Positions 56,073 to 64,000 of a stretch of DNA of 64,000 nucleotides are shown here, in pieces (the stretch's first letter is position 1; every line of letters starts with the position of its first letter). Position numbers and translations under genes: made by a program. Source of the stretch: the human T2T-CHM13v2.0 reference genome, Homo sapiens; assembly GCF_009914755.1 (NCBI RefSeq), contig NC_060926.1. One strand, 5' to 3'. The notes below the pieces were generated by a model. It made no database searches. It was not told where the DNA came from and was given only the letters and a program-made list of their open reading frames with translations.

Positions 56073-56611
56073 TTTTAAGTAAAAACCAGGAGAGAAATAA
56101 GAATTGTGAGCACCAAATGTTGAAGCCTGTGACTTTCCTACTTTTTCCAAACCAAATGAGGTTCTCAGTCATTCTTGGCATGACAGCCATTTATAGTTAG
56201 GGCACACACATAGTTGGCTCCTTCTGTTGTGTTTTGTTATTTTCCTGGGAACTTGGTCCACTAAGGCCTTTTTCTGAGTTCCCAGAGAGTGGCCTAGGGA
56301 CATTTCAAGTCAATTACCAGATATCCATTGATGGTTTTTTAGATGTAGAATGTTGTACTTATATGCTATGAGGGACACCAAAGAAAATGGAAAACATAGT
56401 GCCTCTTTGCAGAATGGGAGATGTAAGGTTGAGGAGCTATGCCTAGACCTAAGCTTTGAAGACAAAAGAAATGAGTTGTGAGGTCCAGGCAAGAAGTAGC
56501 AGATTGGTAATGGAGAAGGGGCAAATACTGGGAGATGATGAAGGAATGAGAATCTAACTGTGACCTCTTTGATGGAGTTGACTAGGCTGGGGGCATGATT
56601 CTTTCTTTTAG

Positions 56612-56721
56612 TTCAGCTACTGACCTCCAGCCAGATCAGGCTGAGACTGAAGATACAGAAGAAGAACTAGTAGATGGTTTGGAAGACTGTTGTAGCCGTG
56701 ATGAGAATGAAGAGGAGGAGG
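56612..56721 (+). CDS. TTLL4: TTLL4 exon 4, acidic segment (SATDLQPDQAETEDTEEEL...NEEEE)
   Basis: tttag|T ... G|gtgagt, 110 nt, phases match. Confidence 0.93.
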
Positions 56722-57074
56722 GTGAGTAGGAAACCCTTTCACTTCCAACTAGGAGTTGGTTATGACCTGTTGGGCAGGGGGCTGACAATTGTGTACTAGG
56801 TCCTTGACTCACATTACCTACATCAGTCATTTGCTTTGGGGGTCTTAAGTGGGGGTAGTGCCTTCTAGAGGACTTGGGTCTCTAGTCCTCCTGTCCCACT
56901 GGTCTTACCTTCCCGCTGCTTCTGTTGAGGAAGGCAGTGCAAAGCAGCGGGGTGGTGCTTGTGGCTCCCCAAGAAGGGTTGAGCCCAGGATATTCAAGGA
57001 AGAGTTGCCTAGGCTTGGTAAGTTTGTGCTGCAGCCTCTTCTAGTCAGAATTTCTCTGTTCTTCCTTCCTCTAG

Positions 57075-57138
57075 GAGACTCAGAGTGCTCCTCATTAAGT
57101 GCTGTCTCCCCCAGCGAATCGGTGGCCATGATCTCTAG
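57075..57138 (+). CDS. TTLL4: TTLL4 exon 5 (DSECSSLS...AMIS)
   Basis: tctag|GA ... AG|gtaagt, 64 nt. Confidence 0.93.
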
Positions 57139-57345
57139 GTAAGTGTGGCTGTATAGATCATTGTTACATGCTCATCTTTTGTCTCTTAAAGATTATAAAG
57201 AGATAAACCACTCAAGTCATTAATGGCCTGGAGAACTCTAATGCATTTTTACCAAATTTTTATGTTTGCGACTTTAGTTTTTGAACAGGGAGTAATGGGG
57301 GGCCAGAAGCACATCTCATCTGTGGGGCTTAAAAACAGTATCATG

Positions 57346-60531
<3,186 letters not shown>

Positions 60532-61662
60532 CTCTATCTTTGTTTTTAAATTTTAACTCATTCTTATTGACTTTCAACAATCTTAAATTCTCATACTCAG
60601 TAAACCAAAAGCCTTTGAAGAAAAAGTTTGAAAATGAGGAATAGAGTTGAATTAATTAGAATTTTTCATTGGGAATTAGTATTTAACTTGATTCCATAAA
60701 ATTCATTAAAAATCTTTAAGAGTTAAAACACTGAAGTGTTTCACATACAGTGCCTATTTCTGTTGTGCTGAAAATAATAACAGGTAAAGTGACTTTTTTA
60801 AACTAAAAATTAATGTTATAATAATATTCGTGGATTATATTATCTAAGTTGTAAAGAGTAATAGCTATTTTCTCCATTTTTCAGTGCTAGTTAAAGGAAT
60901 GATCTTGGTCTCTCAGCTTGTACCTGACAGGTAGTTGATATGTTTGCTATGTTGACACCCCTTGAGACAGCCTTGGCCAAGCCCTTGTTGGATTAACAGT
61001 AGGGACCCCCATGGCCCACTGTCCCACATCAGCCACATCTCTTCATCACATCCATATCTGTGTTCCCATACTGTTACATAAAATTACAGTGTCACAAATC
61101 ACTTCCAAAATGGAGAAAAGCACTAATGGTTCATGAATCTTTAGATGAACCTAAATATAAAATGAACTGGAAGTATCACTGTTTCTTTTCTTTCTATTGC
61201 TTTTTCCCCTTTTTTTATTTAAAAGTCTCTACACCTCAGATCTTGTTTGGTTTTCCTCCTTCGTAATTTTTACATCATTCTTTTCTCTCATTTATTTCTT
61301 TGTCTTAGCATAGCACGTTCTGCTACTGGTATCCACCCACATTCATTTCCCCTCTCAGAACTACTCCTGTCAGGGACTTTCCCAGCCAATGTCTTGTCAC
61401 GGGAAATTTTGGAGCTGTATTGCAGAATGAAGTGTTGGAAAACCTTGTCTTTAGGTGACATTTAATGGTGTGGTTGTATGTAGGTTAGCCTAGTACCTTA
61501 TGGATTAATATGTACAAAATAATTATTAATTATTGAGCACCTGGCTTTTTAGAATCACAAGTTAAAAGACAGCACTTGGAAATAAATCGTACGTCGTAGT
61601 AACGACGCTTCAGGGCTGTTGCTTTTTCCCTTTCTCTACTCCATGTTTGTTTTTCGTCTTAG

Positions 61663-61787
61663 AAGCTGTATGGAAATTCTGACCAAACCCCTTTCCAATC
61701 ATGAGAAAGTTGTCCGACCAGCCCTCATCTACAGTCTCTTTCCCAACGTTCCCCCTACCATCTATTTTGGCACTCGGGATGAGAGAG
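61663..61787 (+). CDS. TTLL4: TTLL4 exon 6 (SCMEILTK...TRDER)
   Basis: cttag|A ... G|gtaaac, 125 nt. Confidence 0.92.
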
Positions 61788-62244
61788 GTAAACCTGGCCA
61801 AGTGTCAAAGCCCAGAAGAGCCCCCGGGGAGAAGGTTGCTAGCTAAGTTGGGAGGAGGTGGCAGTAGGTAGGAGAGGGTTTCCAGAATGGCTGTTGTGGC
61901 AGTTGTCACACTGTGCTCAGTTCCCCATGTGGTCGTAGGTCTGATGCAACCTTTTTCTTGTCTGTCCTTTAGCTGACCCTTTTCAGCCTTGCCATGTCAT
62001 GCTGAGTTCATGCTCTTCAACCTTGTTGCTTTTCCCTTTCAGTCTTCCCTTTCTTTGTTCCTCATTCCTGCACAGCCCCTCTTCTTTCCCAAAGTGTGCT
62101 CCTCTGAAACCCTGATCTGGAGCAATAGTTAGTGACTTGCCTGCCCAGGGAAGAATGGGCAGCCATGCCATCTTTTTTGTCTTCTCATCATGACTCTCTG
62201 CTCCTCTCCATCCCCCATCCCCACACCCCTTGCATTCTTCCCAG

Positions 62245-62355
62245 TGGAGAAACTTCCCTGGGAACAGAGGAAGTTGCTCCGATGGAAGATGAGCACAGTG
62301 ACCCCCAACATTGTCAAGCAGACCATTGGACGGTCCCACTTCAAAATCAGCAAAA
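62245..62355 (+). CDS. TTLL4: TTLL4 exon 7, approximate start of the TTL domain (EKLPWEQR...FKISK)
   Basis: cccag|TG ... A|gtgagt, 111 nt. Confidence 0.94.
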
Positions 62356-62438
62356 GTGAGTTGCTTGCCTTACTGTGAGCCTGTCCTTTTGCCCCAAATA
62401 GATGGGCTTTGCATAGGGGGAGAGCTCTAGACACCTCG

Positions 62439-63072
62439 TGCCTATGTCGGGGCAGCTGGGGCCCTCTCCTGAAATCCAACCTCATAGGAGGGTGTAGCTC
62501 TGAAATCCTGGACTGAGCCTGTTGTTCAGAATTGAGAGACAGAGGGCCATTGTTCTGTCCCTGGCCCCAGGGCCTCATGTAGGACAGCTCCATAGCAACT
62601 CTTTGAAAACCAAGTCTGGGAGCTCTGCCCAGTTCTGGGGCCTCTGGGCCTCTCTCTGTCCCTGGACTGAGCTGTTAGCAAGGCTGATTCCTGATGTACC
62701 TCCCATAGGAAACGATGACTGGCTGGGCTGCTGGGGTCACCACATGAAGTCTCCTAGTTTCCGATCCATTCGAGAGCATCAGAAGGTAGGGGTCCTTTCT
62801 GAGGAGCTGTTTCCCTGGACTTTGGACTAGGCCAAGAGGAGGGGGATGATGTGAGTAGGGGGTAGGGGGCGGGAAGAGGATGATGACCATGGAGAAGTCA
62901 GGAAGGTGTACAGAGGAGAAAGTACAGGACGGGGGTACAGTGAGAGACTCCAGTGGATCACGTACATCTCCAGTTCAGCTGCAGTATCTTGGAGTTTCTT
63001 GCCTATGTAGGGGGCAGCTGAGTCCCTCTCCTGAACTCCAACCTCATAGGAGGGTGTAACTCTGAAATCCTG
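62439..63072 (+). repeat. Two direct copies of a ~72-bp sequence (62439-62510 and 63000-63072) flanking TTLL4 exon 8
   Basis: Manual alignment gives 67/73 identity. Confidence 0.95.
62709..62785 (+). CDS. TTLL4: TTLL4 exon 8 (NDDWLGCWGHHMK...REHQK)
   Basis: catag|GA ... AAG|gtaggg, 77 nt. Confidence 0.94.
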
Positions 63073-63556
63073 CAGTTGCAGCTTCTCCAAGATGCTTTTT
63101 CCTCTAATGTGTCTTGAGTTAGATTGTCTGTTTTCTGTTTATTATGTTTCCCTATGATCACTGCACATTCCATTCTCCCAAGCTGAATATGTGTAAAGAG
63201 GACTTCTGGTCTCACATTGGAATGAATGAGTCCCTTGCCTCCAGACTTACTAAAGGCGAAATGCTTTTCTGTCCTCATCCCATAGGGTTTCATGGATAAA
63301 GATGTAATAGCTTTTTCTTTGCACTTAAGGTGAATATCACATCTGGCTTACATTACTCTGTTTTGTCTGTGTTTTAATCATCTTTTGGTGAGTGCTCTGC
63401 AGTTGGATACTTGAGGACCATTAGGGTGGTGATAGTAAGATGGAACAAAAGCTTGGAGTGCTGCTAAAGAAGTTGGAATGGTAGAATGAGTCTTGTCATC
63501 TTCCTCATGGCCTCACCTCTGCCCTCTTCCTGCACTCACCCTTTTCCCTTTTGTAG

Positions 63557-63748
63557 CTAAACCATTTCCCAGGCTCATTCCAGATTGGGAGGAAGGACCG
63601 GCTATGGCGGAACCTGTCACGTATGCAGAGCCGCTTTGGCAAGAAGGAGTTCAGTTTCTTCCCCCAGTCCTTTATCCTGCCCCAGGACGCCAAGCTCCTG
63701 CGCAAAGCGTGGGAGAGCAGCAGCCGCCAAAAGTGGATTGTGAAGCCA
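63557..63748 (+). CDS. TTLL4: TTLL4 exon 9 (LNHFPGSFQIGRKDRL...WIVKP)
   Basis: TTL-family motifs NHFPG, RKD and WIVKP; tgtag| ... |gtgagt, 192 nt. Confidence 0.96.
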
Positions 63749-63843
63749 GTGAGTGAATCACAGTGGGCAGGAGACTATGGTCTGTGAGTGGGAACAACAG
63801 AGTATTGGACCTGGAGCAAATCTCATCTCCTTTCTGCTCCTAG

Positions 63844-63926
63844 CCAGCATCAGCTCGAGGCATTGGCATCCAGGTTATTCACAAGTGGAGTCAGCTCCCC
63901 AAGCGAAGGCCCCTCCTGGTACAGAG
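63844..63926 (+). CDS. TTLL4: TTLL4 exon 10 (PASARGIGIQVI...LLVQR); gene continues beyond the window
   Basis: TTL motif RGIGI; cctag| ... AG|gtgagc, 83 nt. Confidence 0.94.
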
Positions 63927-64000
63927 GTGAGCCTGTAGCACATATCCCTTACCCCATCCTCCCACCTCCTTGGCCTCGAGGTTCCCTTCTTACAATGTTC

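Noticed and set aside
62439-63072. Duplicated element as H/ACA snoRNAs, SECIS or CRISPR-like repeats
   Set aside because: No properly placed ANANNA/ACA boxes, intronic rather than 3'UTR, only two copies, and human context
62129-63293. Two minus-strand ORFs sharing RISELHPPMRL(D/E)FRRG, resembling a repeated protein motif
   Set aside because: By-product of the 72-bp DNA duplication; no evidence for an antisense gene

Overview
Human genomic DNA; from recall, STK36 and TTLL4 lie on chr2q35. Both genes are on the + strand. The window holds the last 17 exons of STK36 (Fused homolog; about 903 C-terminal codons with HEAT/ARM-like repeats, stop at 18566, poly(A) signal at 19161), an ~8 kb repeat-rich spacer, and then TTLL4 (tubulin glutamylase). 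TTLL4 shows a CpG-island promoter, two non-coding exons and coding exons 3-10 reaching into the TTL domain. Every coding exon was joined by hand: all introns are GT-AG and reading phases are consistent. The rest is mainly Alu, L1, L2, MIR, LTR and DNA-transposon relics, which explain most ORFs in the track. I see no novel multi-gene system. The most unusual details are: a ~72-bp hairpin-forming element duplicated on both sides of TTLL4 exon 8; an Alu carrying a 34-bp inverted copy of nearby DNA; a poly(A)-only retroinsertion with TSD; an L1-derived 5'UTR exon; uORFs in all three frames before the TTLL4 start; and a CpG micro-hairpin before exon 6. Repeat subfamily names and boundaries are judged by eye and approximate.
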